From positions 416,001 to 480,000 of the forward strand of contig CAVPXI010000007.1 of the NCBI GenBank assembly GCA_963709585.1: 64,000 nt of DNA, in the 5' to 3' direction. Of the stretch, positions 50,128-60,845 are shown one piece after another; within the stretch, counting starts at the first letter, position 1; the number at the start of each line of letters is the position of its first letter. The stretch is from Candidatus Dormiibacterota bacterium. GTDB lineage: Bacteria > Chloroflexota > Dormibacteria > Aeolococcales > Aeolococcaceae. The position numbers and the translations under genes are program-made. The notes beneath the pieces were generated by a model that made no database searches, had not been told where the DNA came from, and saw only the letters and a list, made by a program, of their open reading frames with translations.

Positions 50128-51294
50128 TCAGATCGATCGGTCGATCAGCGTCCCGGTTCCGAGCCCACCACCGCAGCACATCGTCTGCAGGCCGTAGCGC
50201 CCGTCGCGCCGCTCCAGCTCGTGGAGCAGCGTGGTCATGAGCCGCGCCCCGCTGGCGCCGAGCGGGTGGCCGAGCGCGATCGCTCCGCCGTTGACGTTCA
50301 CGCGATCCATGTCGGGATGGTGCTCCCGCTCCCACGCCAGCACCACCGGGGCGAAGGCCTCGTTGACCTCGAACAGATCGATGTCGTCGATCTTCAAGCC
50401 GGATCGTTCCAGGAGCCTGGTCGTGGCCGGGATCGGTCCGGTCAGCATGGTCACCGGGTCGACTCCGACGACCGTCTGCCCGGCGATTCGAGCCCGTGGG
50501 GTGATCCCGAGCGCAGTCGCCCGTTCCAGCGACATCAGGAGCACAGCCGCGGCGCCGTCGGTGATCTGCGAGCTGTTGCCCGCATGCAGAATCCCGTCGG
50601 GTTTGAATGCGGGCTGGAGCGAGGCGAGCGATTCCGCGCTGGTGTCCGGACGGATGCCCTGGTCCTGGCTGATCACCCGGCCGTCGCCGTTGGCTCCGAC
50701 CACGACCGGTGCGATCTCGCGGTCGAACCGGCCATTCGCCTGAGCCTCACCGGCGCGGCGCTGCGAACGCGCTGCGAACACATCCGCCTGCTCGCGAGTG
50801 ATGTGCCACATCTCGGCGATCATCTCGGCCGAGAGGCCCTGGGGGACCAGGTTGTAGACCTCGAGCAGCTCCGGCGGGAAGGGCGTCCCCGGACCCTGGA
50901 ACACGGTCGCGCCCATCGGCACCCGGCTCATGCTCTCGACGCCGGCGGCGATGGTGATGTCGCACACGCCCGACTGGATCAGGTTCGCGGCAAAGTGGAT
51001 CGCCTGCTGCGACGAGCCGCACTGGCGGTCGACGGTGGTCGCGGGCACCTCGACGGGAAATCCCGCGGCGAGCACCGCCTGGCGCGCGATGTTCACCGCC
51101 TGCTCGCCCGTCTGCATCACACACCCGAAGATGACGTCGCCGACCATCGCGGGATCGATCGCTGCCCTGCCCGTCACCTCGCGCAACACGTGCGCAGCGA
51201 GGATGACGGGATGCACGTCGCGAAGATCACCGTTGCGCTGGGTGCCGCGGCCCATCGGGGTTCGCACCGCTTCGACGATCACGACGTCAGTCAT
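50128..51294 (-). CDS. Acetyl-CoA acyltransferase (thiolase)
   Basis: DRQCGSSQ, NEAFA, GGAIALGHPLGASG, MCCGGG. Confidence 0.95.
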   Translation of the reverse strand: MTDVVIVEAVRTPMGRGTQRNGDLRDVHPVILAAHVLREVTGRAAIDPAMVGDVIFGCVMQTGEQAVNIARQAVLAAGFPVEVPATTVDRQCGSSQQAIHFAANLIQSGVCDITIAAGVESMSRVPMGATVFQGPGTPFPPELLEVYNLVPQGLSAEMIAEMWHITREQADVFAARSQRRAGEAQANGRFDREIAPVVVGANGDGRVISQDQGIRPDTSAESLASLQPAFKPDGILHAGNSSQITDGAAAVLLMSLERATALGITPRARIAGQTVVGVDPVTMLTGPIPATTRLLERSGLKIDDIDLFEVNEAFAPVVLAWEREHHPDMDRVNVNGGAIALGHPLGASGARLMTTLLHELERRDGRYGLQTMCCGGGLGTGTLIDRSI

Positions 51295-51304
51295 GTTCCA
51301 CCTG

Positions 51305-52063
51305 TTATCTGGTCGGACCGCCAACGTTAGCAGCGGGAGCGACGCCGGCAGCCGCAGCGACGAAGCCGGCGAAGAGCCGGCGCGCCCAGTCGCGCTCGAG
51401 ATAGAGCTCCTCCGGGTGGCACTGCAGTGCGACCACAAATCGCCGCCGCGGGTGCTCGACCGCCTCGACGAGACCGTCGTGCGCACGAGCGGTCACCACG
51501 AGGTCGCGACCGAGATTGCGCAGCGCCTGGTGATGCATGCTGTTGACATCGACGATCTGCGCGCCGGCGATCGCGCGCAACCGGGTGTCGGGAGCCACGT
51601 CGATGTTGTGCGTGAGCTCCTGACGAGAGCCGTCCTGGGAATGGTTGTGCTCGGTCGCGCCCTGCGTGCCGACGTCCTGCCACAGCGTTCCCCCAAGGGC
51701 GACATTGAGCACCTGCGCGCCCCGGCAGATGGCGAGGACCGGCTTGTCGGCGTCGAGCGCCCACCGTGCGAGCAGCATCTCCGCACGGTCGAGCTCCTCG
51801 TCCACCTCAACCGCGCAGTCCGCGCGCGTCTCCTCTCCGTAGAGCGCCGGGTCGACGTCGGGACCACCCGGGAGGCACAGGCCGTCGCAGAGATCGAAGA
51901 GCTCGCGCAGTCGCGACTCGGACAGCGATGCGCTGATCCCGAGCGGAGTGCCGCCCGCGCCTTCCAGTGCGTCGAAGTACGCACGGTTGCGCGCGAGGTC
52001 TGCTGAGAGACCCTTTTCGTGGAGCACGCGCAGGGTGATGCCGATCACCGGGGATCGTGTCAT
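51305..52063 (-). CDS. Gamma-glutamyl-GABA hydrolase family (peptidase C26)
   Basis: PGGPDVDP, AICRGAQ, VNSMHHQ, QCHPE. Confidence 0.92.
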   Translation of the reverse strand: MTRSPVIGITLRVLHEKGLSADLARNRAYFDALEGAGGTPLGISASLSESRLRELFDLCDGLCLPGGPDVDPALYGEETRADCAVEVDEELDRAEMLLARWALDADKPVLAICRGAQVLNVALGGTLWQDVGTQGATEHNHSQDGSRQELTHNIDVAPDTRLRAIAGAQIVDVNSMHHQALRNLGRDLVVTARAHDGLVEAVEHPRRRFVVALQCHPEELYLERDWARRLFAGFVAAAAGVAPAANVGGPTR

Positions 52064-52077
52064 GTCAGTCCTTGTAA

Positions 52078-52115
52078 GACGTGAAGCTCAGACGTGAAGC
52101 TTAGGACGTGAAGCT
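52078..52115. repeat. Triple direct repeat of GACGTGAAGCT
   Basis: Copies at 52078, 52091 and 52105; the last lies within the final codons of the tldE-like gene. Confidence 0.85.
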
Positions 52116-53427
52116 GAATCGTCCGATGTGCAGCCAGGGTGACAGCACGCCGGACTCGCCCTCGCCGAGTTCGAGCCGCCGCTCTCGGCTGACGTTCACG
52201 ACGTTGGCGAGGGCTTCGACGATGCTCTGCGTGAAGCGCAGATCCTTCACCGGGCGCGTGATGCGGCCGTTCTCGATAAGAAACGTCCCCTCGCGAGTCA
52301 TCCCGGTGATCACGGTTCGCAGCGGGTGCACGTCACGCACGTACCAGAACCTCGTGACGTACAGGCCGCGCGATACCGATTCCACCATCTCGTGCCACGG
52401 GGTCTCGCCGGCATCCATCCCGACGTGACGGGGGAGTGGCCCCCACGTGTTCGGCTGGGGGAGCGAATGACCCGTCGAAGCGACGCCGTCCTGCAGCGCG
52501 GTGGGGGTGTCGTAGACGACCGCCGCGCAGACGCCGCGATCGACCAGCGTCACCGGTTGTGTCGAGACGCCCTCGTCGTCGAACGGGAACGGGAAGATGT
52601 CGGGCGTGCGTGCGTCGTCGCGAATCGTGATCCGGTCGCTCATGAGCTGCTCGCCGATGCGCATGAAACTTCTGTGCTCCTGCACCGCGAGCGCGCTGAA
52701 CCCGACCCAGGAGAGGTGTTCGAGCAGGTCGGTCACCGCGTATGGCGAGAGAATGACCTCGTAGTCGCCGGGGGCGATCGCCGTCGCCATCTGGTTGCGC
52801 TCGCAGGTGTCGACCACCTCGACCGCGAGGCCGCTGACATCGAGCTCGTCGATATCGGCGGAATGTCGTGACGCGTATCCACCGCCGTCGTCGCCACGGG
52901 CGACGGACACGAGGTTCGCCCGAGTTCGTGGTCGCGGACCGGCGCAGCCCGGCGCTCGTGACGATCGCCGTGGTGGTTGTCGTCGTGCTCAGCGCCCCGT
53001 ACGCGTTGAGGCCGTGAGCGCCTGCCGCGTCGGTGATGACCGAGACCAGCTCGGCGCGTTGCTGCGGGGTCGCCGCGGCGGTCGCATCCGCGAACGCGAC
53101 AGCATCGACGCCACTTGCCGGCGTCGGTCGCGGCAGAGGCGACACACCGGACGCGGTGGTGACACGCCGGCTCTCCTCGGCCGCGGCGAAAGCCAGCGCG
53201 ATGGCCCCCTCGCCATGACCGCGCACCTCGCCGACGCCGATGCGCCCTCCATCGATCAACCGAACCCTGATGTGGCGGAATTGCTCGCCGACGCTCTGAT
53301 GGATCTCGTTGCCGGCGAAACGGGTCAGTTCGCTACGCGAGTTGGCGATCACCACCTCCGCCTCCCCGCGCGCGAGGGAGGCCAGTGCCCCGTCCCCCAT
53401 GGCGAGCAACTCGTAACCGGCGCTCAT
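52101..53427 (-). CDS. TldE/PmbA family protein, frameshift at 52922-52927
   Basis: TRFAGNEIHQ, PGDYEVILSP, FDDEG, TGMTREGTFLIENG. Confidence 0.88.
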
Positions 53428-54867
53428 CGCGCCGGCTCGACCCGAACATTCCGGAAGCGACACGGGGCTGCGCCATGCCCGACATGCATCAGCTGCGAAG
53501 GCTGGCCCTTGCCGCAGTTCACCACGCCGAACATCTGCCATTCCGATGGCCCGGCGACCGCGTCGCACGACCCCCAGAACTCGGGCGTCTGACCACTGTA
53601 GATCGGGTTGCGCACCAACCGGGTCCGCACCCCATCGACGATCTCCCAGCCGTTCTGGGTGCCGAACTGGAAGTTGAGGCGGCGGTCGTCGATGCTCCAG
53701 GACCGGTTGGTCTCCAGGTACACGCCGTGCTCGGTGGTGGCGATCATCTCCTCGAGGCTGGAGGTTCCCGGCTCGAGGTTGATATTGGTCATGCGGATGA
53801 TCGGCAGCCGCGACCAGCCGTCGGCGCGCATCGCACCGTTGCTCACCTGGCCGATCGCCGCAGCGGTCTCGCGCGACGAGAGGTACCCCGTGAAGATGCC
53901 CTGGTCGACCAGCACCGAGCGTTGCGCGGCGACGCCCTCGTCATCCCAGCCAAAGGTGCCGAGCCCCGGCGCCCGCGTGGAGTTGGCGGTCATGGTCACC
54001 TGCTCGCTCCCATAGCGAAAGGTCCCGAGCAGGTCGGGGGTCAGAAAGGACATGCCTGCATATGCAGCCTCGTGTCCGAGCACGCGGTCGAGCTCGGTCG
54101 GATGGCCGCACGAACTCATGGACCTGAAGCGCCGCCTGGGTCGCGTCGAGGATGACGGTCATCCGCCCCTCGGGACACGGCGGCGCCGTCAAGAGTGCGA
54201 CCGCTTCCTCAGCGATCCGCTCAGCGCTCCCGGGGAGGTCGAACGCCTCGACGGCCTCCCAGCCGGCACAGATCCGATGGCGTCCGAAGCTGTTCGGAAA
54301 GCTCCGCGTCTGCACCTCGTCGTCGCTGGTGGCGGTCGCATCGAGGCCACCACCGGATTCGATGATCGTCTGGTCGAGCACCGCCCCTTCGCTGCTCGCG
54401 AAGTGCCGCACCTCACGAACGAATTCGAGCGAGCATTCCCGGACCCGGATCTGGGGAAGGTGCGACATGGCCAGGTCGGTGCGCATCAGCAGGCCCACCT
54501 TGTCGTCCAGGGACACCGCGAAGGGGTCGCGAACCACCGGCGTCCGGTACTCGCCGACGAGCGCCGGGGCGGAAGCCAGGCGCACCGGCGTGCGATTGAC
54601 GCGGGCCGAGGCTTTCGCGATGCTGACCGCGTGGCGGGCGGTCTCCTCCACGCTCGCCGCGCCGAGATCGTCGACTCCGGCGAACCCCCAGGCCCCACCC
54701 GCGATCACGCGGATGCCGATGCCCTCATCCTCGAAGAGCTCCACCGAGGCGACCGCGCCGTTCTTGACGGTGATCCGCTGCACCGTGCGATTGATGACCC
54801 TGCAGTCGGCATACGAAGCGCCGGCAGCCGACGCTGCATCGAGCGCTCGTTCGCTGAGATGACGCAC
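53424..54867 (-). CDS. tldD: TldD family metalloprotease, frameshift at 54112-54117
   Basis: Removing one base restores HESCGHPTELDR; WDDEG, RMTN, CGKGQP. Confidence 0.9.
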
Positions 54868-54910
54868 GAGGGCGGAGTATAGGGGCCGTCAGGCCGCCGG
54901 ACGCGGCGGC

Positions 54911-56854
54911 CTACCCGGCACAGTTTGCCGCGGTGCAGTACCAGGCGGCGGTGTCGAAGTCAGGGATGAAATCGTTTTGCACGACGCCGTGCAGGCTTGA
55001 CGAGTAGGTGTTGACGACAACTTGCTGGAACAGCGGGATCGCGGGCAGCAGGGTGGCCAGGCGCTGATCGGCGAGCGCGTACTCGTGCACGCGCGCAGTG
55101 AGATCGGCGCTGGTGCGAGCCTGATCGAGGTCGCTGTCGAGCTGGGCGTCGTTGAGCCCGCTGAAGTTCATGCCAACCCCGAGATTCGCGCTCGAAGGAA
55201 TCGAGTCCGCATACGGACAGCCGCCCCCGCAGTCACCGTGCCAGGTCGACGAGTAGGTATCGGGCTCACCGGGAAGCCCGAGGCCCACGGTGTAGAGCGC
55301 CATGTCGAACGCATGGGTCGCGAGCGCGCCGCCATCGGCAAAGGCGGCGAAGAATTTCGCCGCGACGAGGTTCGGCTCGAAGGCAGACGGCACGTTGATG
55401 CCGATCTTGGCCAGATCAGCGCTGATCATCGACTCGACGGTCAGGCGCACCGGATCGTCGCTGGTGGTTCCGACGTTGACCACGATGCACGTACCGTCCT
55501 TGGCGGCGCGAAAATCCTGGCCGTCCGGGGCGGTGCCGCACTTGGTCGCCCGCGTGTCGCCGGCGGCGTCGAGCATCGAGTTCGCCGTCGCCGGGTCGAA
55601 GCCGGTGGTGGGGACGCCGGCGCCGCTGAGGTAAGTCGCTCCGAGGCTCATCCAGGAGTTGGGTGGCACGGTCGTGATTCCGGGCGCGACCGCTTTCACG
55701 ATCGCCTGTCTGTCGATGCCGAGGAGGATCGCCTTGCGGATTGTCGGGTCCGACGTGTCCTCGTTCTCATCGGCTGCAGGGTTGTCGCACTGGCCTCCGT
55801 CCGCTGCGCAGAGATTGAACATCAGGACCTCGGCTCCGGAGCCCGCCACCGGGTCGACGGTCAGCGGAACCGTGTGCGCACGCACCGCCGCCTCGAGAGA
55901 CGGCAGCGCCGCCAGTCCGAGATTCAACCCGACCTGGACGGCGCCGGAGCGCACGTCCTTCTCCTCGGTCGCGAGGTCGGGCTCGATCCTGAAGACGATC
56001 TTGTCGAGATGCGCCAGGGCCGTCTGGTTCCAGTAGTCGGGATTGCGCACGAGCACGACCTGGGACCCGGGGCGGTCGCTCGACATCACGAAGGGTCCGG
56101 TGCCGTCGAGCGCGGTGCTGAGCGTCGCGGTGCCCTTGAAGGCGGCCGCGTTGCCCGTGCCTTTGGTCAGGTCGAGGCTGGTCGGGCTCGACTCGAGGTT
56201 GCCACCTGAGGCAAGGAGCGGGTCGAGCACCGCGGCCGGGAGGATGCCCTCGACACCGCTGCCAAGCGCGAGATACGGACCGTACTGCGACTTGAAGTCG
56301 ACGACCGCCGTCGAGCTGTCCATCTCGGTGCACTTGATCACTTGATTCCAGCCCGCGGTGGAGGCCAGCGGCGTGGGGCTCGGTTTGCCGAGCGCGCCGT
56401 AGGCGAGCCAGTGGAACTCAAACGTATCGCACACGTCGTGCGACGTCAGGGAGCTGCCGTCATCCCAGCGCACACCCTGCCTGAGGTGCCAGGTGACACA
56501 CATCGCCGCCTTGGCATCGGCGCAGCCGCTGGTCAGGACACCACCATCGGCAACGGTCGGGACCGCGGTCGCCAGGTCAGGAGTCCAGTAGTCGGCCTCA
56601 GATGTCGAGGTCGATGTAGCCGCCGATGATCGATACCAGAGCAGCCCCTCCTCGACGGGCGCCGCGATGACGTCCGCAAAGGGGAGATTCCCGGTGATCC
56701 CGTCGTCGAGCAGGGTCGTCGGCGCCTGCCAGACCCCGACCGTGAGGACCCCTCCCTGGGCGGCGGTGCCGCCGGGGAGGCTGGTCGGCGATTTGGTCGG
56801 GGATGACGGTGTGCAGCCGGCGAGCACGACGGCCAGGACCGCGACCGGCGGCAT
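54911..56854 (-). CDS. Family 5 (peptide/nickel) ABC substrate-binding lipoprotein
   Basis: Lipobox LAGC, LRQGVRWDDG, GTGPF, RNPDYW, IRKAILLGIDR, IPLFQ. Start may lie about 50 nt upstream. Confidence 0.88.
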   Translation of the reverse strand: MPPVAVLAVVLAGCTPSSPTKSPTSLPGGTAAQGGVLTVGVWQAPTTLLDDGITGNLPFADVIAAPVEEGLLWYRSSAATSTSTSEADYWTPDLATAVPTVADGGVLTSGCADAKAAMCVTWHLRQGVRWDDGSSLTSHDVCDTFEFHWLAYGALGKPSPTPLASTAGWNQVIKCTEMDSSTAVVDFKSQYGPYLALGSGVEGILPAAVLDPLLASGGNLESSPTSLDLTKGTGNAAAFKGTATLSTALDGTGPFVMSSDRPGSQVVLVRNPDYWNQTALAHLDKIVFRIEPDLATEEKDVRSGAVQVGLNLGLAALPSLEAAVRAHTVPLTVDPVAGSGAEVLMFNLCAADGGQCDNPAADENEDTSDPTIRKAILLGIDRQAIVKAVAPGITTVPPNSWMSLGATYLSGAGVPTTGFDPATANSMLDAAGDTRATKCGTAPDGQDFRAAKDGTCIVVNVGTTSDDPVRLTVESMISADLAKIGINVPSAFEPNLVAAKFFAAFADGGALATHAFDMALYTVGLGLPGEPDTYSSTWHGDCGGGCPYADSIPSSANLGVGMNFSGLNDAQLDSDLDQARTSADLTARVHEYALADQRLATLLPAIPLFQQVVVNTYSSSLHGVVQNDFIPDFDTAAWYCTAANCAG

Positions 56855-57005
56855 CGCACGACGCCATCGCTTGCGGGTCGAGGGCTCAGGGAGGAAGCGC
56901 GCTACACACACGAGCGTGCATTGTGCCCCGCCCGTATAGTGGAACCGGAGTGGTCGATGGGCTAATGGGGACATTCGCGGCTCGGGCGGGATCTGGAGAC
57001 ACGCC

Positions 57006-58942
57006 ATGAGAATCGGCCCCGGGAGACTTCCGCGCAGGCGCGACCCGAGACGGCGATTTCGCAATCGCCTGCTCGTCGGGATGGTGGGGGTCGCGTTGCT
57101 GCCGCTGGTCGCCTTCGCGGTGCTCGCGGTGTTCGAGCTCGACACCGTGGCCAAAAGCACCGCTAATGCAACCGAGACGGCAATCCTGCAGCATCAGCAA
57201 ACGCTCGCTGATTCGGCGCTCGACGCTCGCGCCTCCTACCTCGACGCGCGCATGACCGACATCGACAATGCCGTTCAGGAAGTGAGTGGCGCGCTCGCGA
57301 AGGCCATGACCGCCAACCCCACAACCGCGACGCTGCCGGCCATCAAGAAGCTCACGCCGCTCGGCACCTCCTTCGGCTACGTCTCCGGCGGCGGGAGCAC
57401 GTTGATTCTGCCCGTCGGCACATCCTCCGACGCACGCTTTGTCAGAGCCAGCGAAACTCCGGCTGTCGAGTTGCAGGTGGCGGCGATCCTCAAGAACCCG
57501 GTCATCAACGCGGTGTGGTTCCAGGACGCCAAGACCGGAGCGCTGCGTGCCTACCCGGTGTTCACCCCGACGAGTGGGTCCGAGAACCAGGGGTACGACC
57601 CGGTGTCCCGCTCCCTCGTTCTCAGCAACTCCGAGGGCGGCATCGCGGCCGCCAGCGCACCGAACGACTGGATCCAACAGGGCGCTCCGGGCCGAAGCAC
57701 GGACGGACCATTCTGGACCGACCCCTATTCGCTGCTCGAGGACGGCACAACCGGTGTGAGCGCGTGGTATCAGAACCCGTCGTCCATCCAGGTCGGGGTC
57801 GACGTGTCCGTGCAAAAGCTGATCGCAGCCTCCCCCTCGTCGCCGCCGTGCCGGCGAGCTTCGCCCCGCTCGTCATCAGCGCGACGGGCCGGGTCCTCTA
57901 CAGCTCGCCTCAAGCCATGGTGGATTTTCCCGGCGCCGCGTTGAACTCCGTCTTCACGGTTCCACAGACCCCGCTCCTGAGCTCGCTCCGCCACATCGAG
58001 TCCACGGGCGCGACACCGGACTCACCGCTGATAGGGAGATTCGACAAGGCGAGCACTGACCTGTTCACGGCTCCCGTCTACAGCGCCCACTGGATCGTCA
58101 TCAACCCGATCCCGGTGAGCGCCCTCGAGCCAAACCTCAGCGCGCTCACCCTCGGGGTCAACGACAGCGTCCACCGTCTGTTCCCGGTCACGGTGCTGCC
58201 GGTGCTCATCCTCCTGGTCGGCCTGGCGTTCATCGCGACCACGCTGCTGTCGCGCCGCATGTATTTGCCGGTGCAGGCCCTCACCGACCATGCGGTGCTC
58301 GAGGAGCGCACCCGGCTCGCACGGGAGATTCACGACACGCTCGCCCAGCAGTTGACCGGCATCGTGCTCGAGCTCGAGGCTGCCGACACGCTCCTGAATC
58401 GCGGGTCGGAGGGGCGTGCCAAGTCGTCGGTTGAGAAGGCCCGCGAGCTCGCCCGAGGCGCGCTCCAGGAGGCGCGGCGGTCGGTCTGGAACCTTCGGCC
58501 GGCGCCCCTGTCGGCCAGCGGCCTCGTCGCTGCGATCGGCCACGAGGTCGAAGCATGGGAGGAGCGCACCGGAATCCCCGCACGGTTCAAGGCGCGCGCG
58601 GTGCCGGCGCACCCGGCGCTGTCGCCGACCGCCGAGGTCGCGCTCCTCCGCATCGGCCAGGAGGCACTCTCCAACGCGGCACGGCACGGCAAGCCCGAAC
58701 ACGTCGACGTCGAGTTGCGTGCCCACGCGCAGGAGCTGGTGCTCTCGATCCGCGACGACGGTGTCGGATTCGATCCCGCGGCCAGCGCGCCGCGCGAGGA
58801 CTGTTTCGGCCTCGACGGGATGGCCGAGCGCGCGCGCAACGCGGGCGGGACGCTGACAGTGGTGAGCGCACCCGGGCACGGGACCACGGTGACCACCAGG
58901 CTCCCATTCACCGAGGCCGTGGCTGAGGCGGTGAGCGCGTGA
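57006..58942 (+). CDS. Sensor histidine kinase (Cache-like sensor, HisKA_3), frameshift near 57825
   Basis: Two TMs, PFWTDPY...VGVDV Cache pattern, ERTRLAREIHDTLAQ, QEALSNAARH, DDGVGF, GLDGMAER. Confidence 0.9.
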
Positions 58943-59541
58943 TCAGCGTGCTCGTGGCCGACGATCATCCCGTGGTTCGGGACGGTCTCTGCACGATGCT
59001 CGAGCTCGAGCCGGACATCAAGGTGGTCGGGCGGGCATCGGACGGTGTCGAGGCCGTCGAGCAGGCGCGTCGGACCCACCCCGACGTGATCCTCCTCGAC
59101 GTCCAGATGCCGGTGATGGACGGCATCGAAGCGCTCCGCAAGATCCGCGCTCGCGACCCCGAGGCTCGCGTGATCGTGCTCACCACCTATCGCAACGAGG
59201 ACTACATCTTTCCTTCGCTCAAGGCAGGCGCGCTCGGCTACCTGCTCAAGGACGCGACCCGCGAGGAGCTTGCCGGCGCCATCCGCGCGGTCGCCGCTGG
59301 GGAATCGCTCCTCGATCCACAGCTGGTCAGCGCCGCCGCCGAGCACATGCCCTCGATCACCCGACGCGAGCGTGACGTGTTGCGGCTGATGGCCGACGGC
59401 AAGAACAACGCCGAGATCGCGGTGCTGCTCTTCCTCAGCGAGAACACGGTGAAGACGCACGTCAGCAACATCCTCGAGAAGCTCGGCTGCAAGGATCGCG
59501 CCGCCGCGGTGCTCCTGGCCTGGAGACGCCACATCATCTGA
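58939..59541 (+). CDS. NarL/LuxR response regulator
   Basis: ADDHPVVRDG, LLDVQMP, RERDVL...NAEIA...TVKTHVSNI. Confidence 0.95.
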   Translation: MISVLVADDHPVVRDGLCTMLELEPDIKVVGRASDGVEAVEQARRTHPDVILLDVQMPVMDGIEALRKIRARDPEARVIVLTTYRNEDYIFPSLKAGALGYLLKDATREELAGAIRAVAAGESLLDPQLVSAAAEHMPSITRRERDVLRLMADGKNNAEIAVLLFLSENTVKTHVSNILEKLGCKDRAAAVLLAWRRHII

Positions 59542-59563
59542 GCCCCAATAGACTGTCCCGGCA

Positions 59564-60835
59564 ATGGAATCTGTGGGCATCGGGTTGCTCGGGCTCGGCA
59601 CGGTGGGAAGCGAGGTCGCCAGGCGCCTCATCGAGGAGTGGGAGTTGCTCGGCGAGCGCGCCGGCGCGACCCCGGTGCTGCGCAGTGTTGCGGTGCGGGA
59701 CGTCGCCCGAACCCGGGGCGTGCACCTGAAGAACGTCCGGCTCGTCGCCGACCCCGAGGCCGTGGTTGCCGATCCCGCAGTCGCGATCGTCGTCGAGGTG
59801 ATCGGCGGCACCGATCCGGCAACCGCCCTGATCGAGTCGGCGCTGCGAGCCGGCAAGACGGTGGTGACGGCCAACAAGGCCGTGATCGCCGCGTCCGGGC
59901 CGCGCCTGAGCGCGCTCGCGGCCGAGAACGGCGCCCACCTGTATTTCGAAGCGAGCGTGGGCGCCGGACTGCCGATCGTCGCGCTCCTGCGCGGAAGCCT
60001 GCTCGGTGATCGCATCTCGGCGCTCGACTGCGTGATCAACGGCACAACCAACGTCATCCTCACCCAGATGCGGACGGCGGGCATGAGCTTCGAGAGCGCG
60101 CTCGCCGATGCCCGGCGACGCGGCTTTGCCGAAGCGGACCCATCGCTCGACGTCGATGGCTGGGACGCCGCCCACAAGCTCGTGATCCTCGCCTGGCTGG
60201 CGCTCGGCGCATACGTCGCACCCGAAGCCGTCGACCGCGTGGGGATCGGTGACGTGGCCGGGGACGACGTCGCCGCCCTCGCCCAGCTCGGGTACCGGGT
60301 CCGCCTGCTCGCCCACGCCGAGCGGGGGGCAGGCGGTGCCGTCCATCTCAGCGTGCGGCCGACCGCCGTGGGCAGCGGCCAGCTGCTCCACGATGTCGAT
60401 GATGCTGACAATGCTGTCATCATCTCGAGCGACCTCGCGGCGACCGTCATGCTCCGGGGGCTGGGTGCGGGCGGCGCCTCGACCGCGAGCGCGGTGGTGA
60501 GCGACGTGGTCACAGCCGTGCGTGAGCGCGGCGCGTCGCGCGCGCGCGTCGCGGCTGCGCGCCACGACGTGACCCTGCTTGGCGACGAGGACGTGGAGGT
60601 CGCCGGGTACGTTCGTGTCCGGCTCTCCGATGAAGCGGACGCTCGCGCGCTGGTGCTCCAGGCACTCGAGGACCGCGGTCTCGCGGTCGACGCCGCCGTC
60701 GACGTCGCCGGCTCGGAGCTGATCGTGCTCACCGGCGTGGCGCCACGTGCCGTCCACGACCGCGCGCTCGAAACGCTCGACACGCTCACGTCGGTCGATC
60801 AGATTCTCGGCGCCGTCGACCGGGTCGAGGCGTAG
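59564..60835 (+). CDS. hom: Homoserine dehydrogenase
   Basis: GLGTVG, VTANK, FEASVGAGLP, NGTTN, AEADP, GAG. Confidence 0.95.
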   Translation: MESVGIGLLGLGTVGSEVARRLIEEWELLGERAGATPVLRSVAVRDVARTRGVHLKNVRLVADPEAVVADPAVAIVVEVIGGTDPATALIESALRAGKTVVTANKAVIAASGPRLSALAAENGAHLYFEASVGAGLPIVALLRGSLLGDRISALDCVINGTTNVILTQMRTAGMSFESALADARRRGFAEADPSLDVDGWDAAHKLVILAWLALGAYVAPEAVDRVGIGDVAGDDVAALAQLGYRVRLLAHAERGAGGAVHLSVRPTAVGSGQLLHDVDDADNAVIISSDLAATVMLRGLGAGGASTASAVVSDVVTAVRERGASRARVAAARHDVTLLGDEDVEVAGYVRVRLSDEADARALVLQALEDRGLAVDAAVDVAGSELIVLTGVAPRAVHDRALETLDTLTSVDQILGAVDRVEA

Positions 60836-60845
60836 GCGGCGCGGC

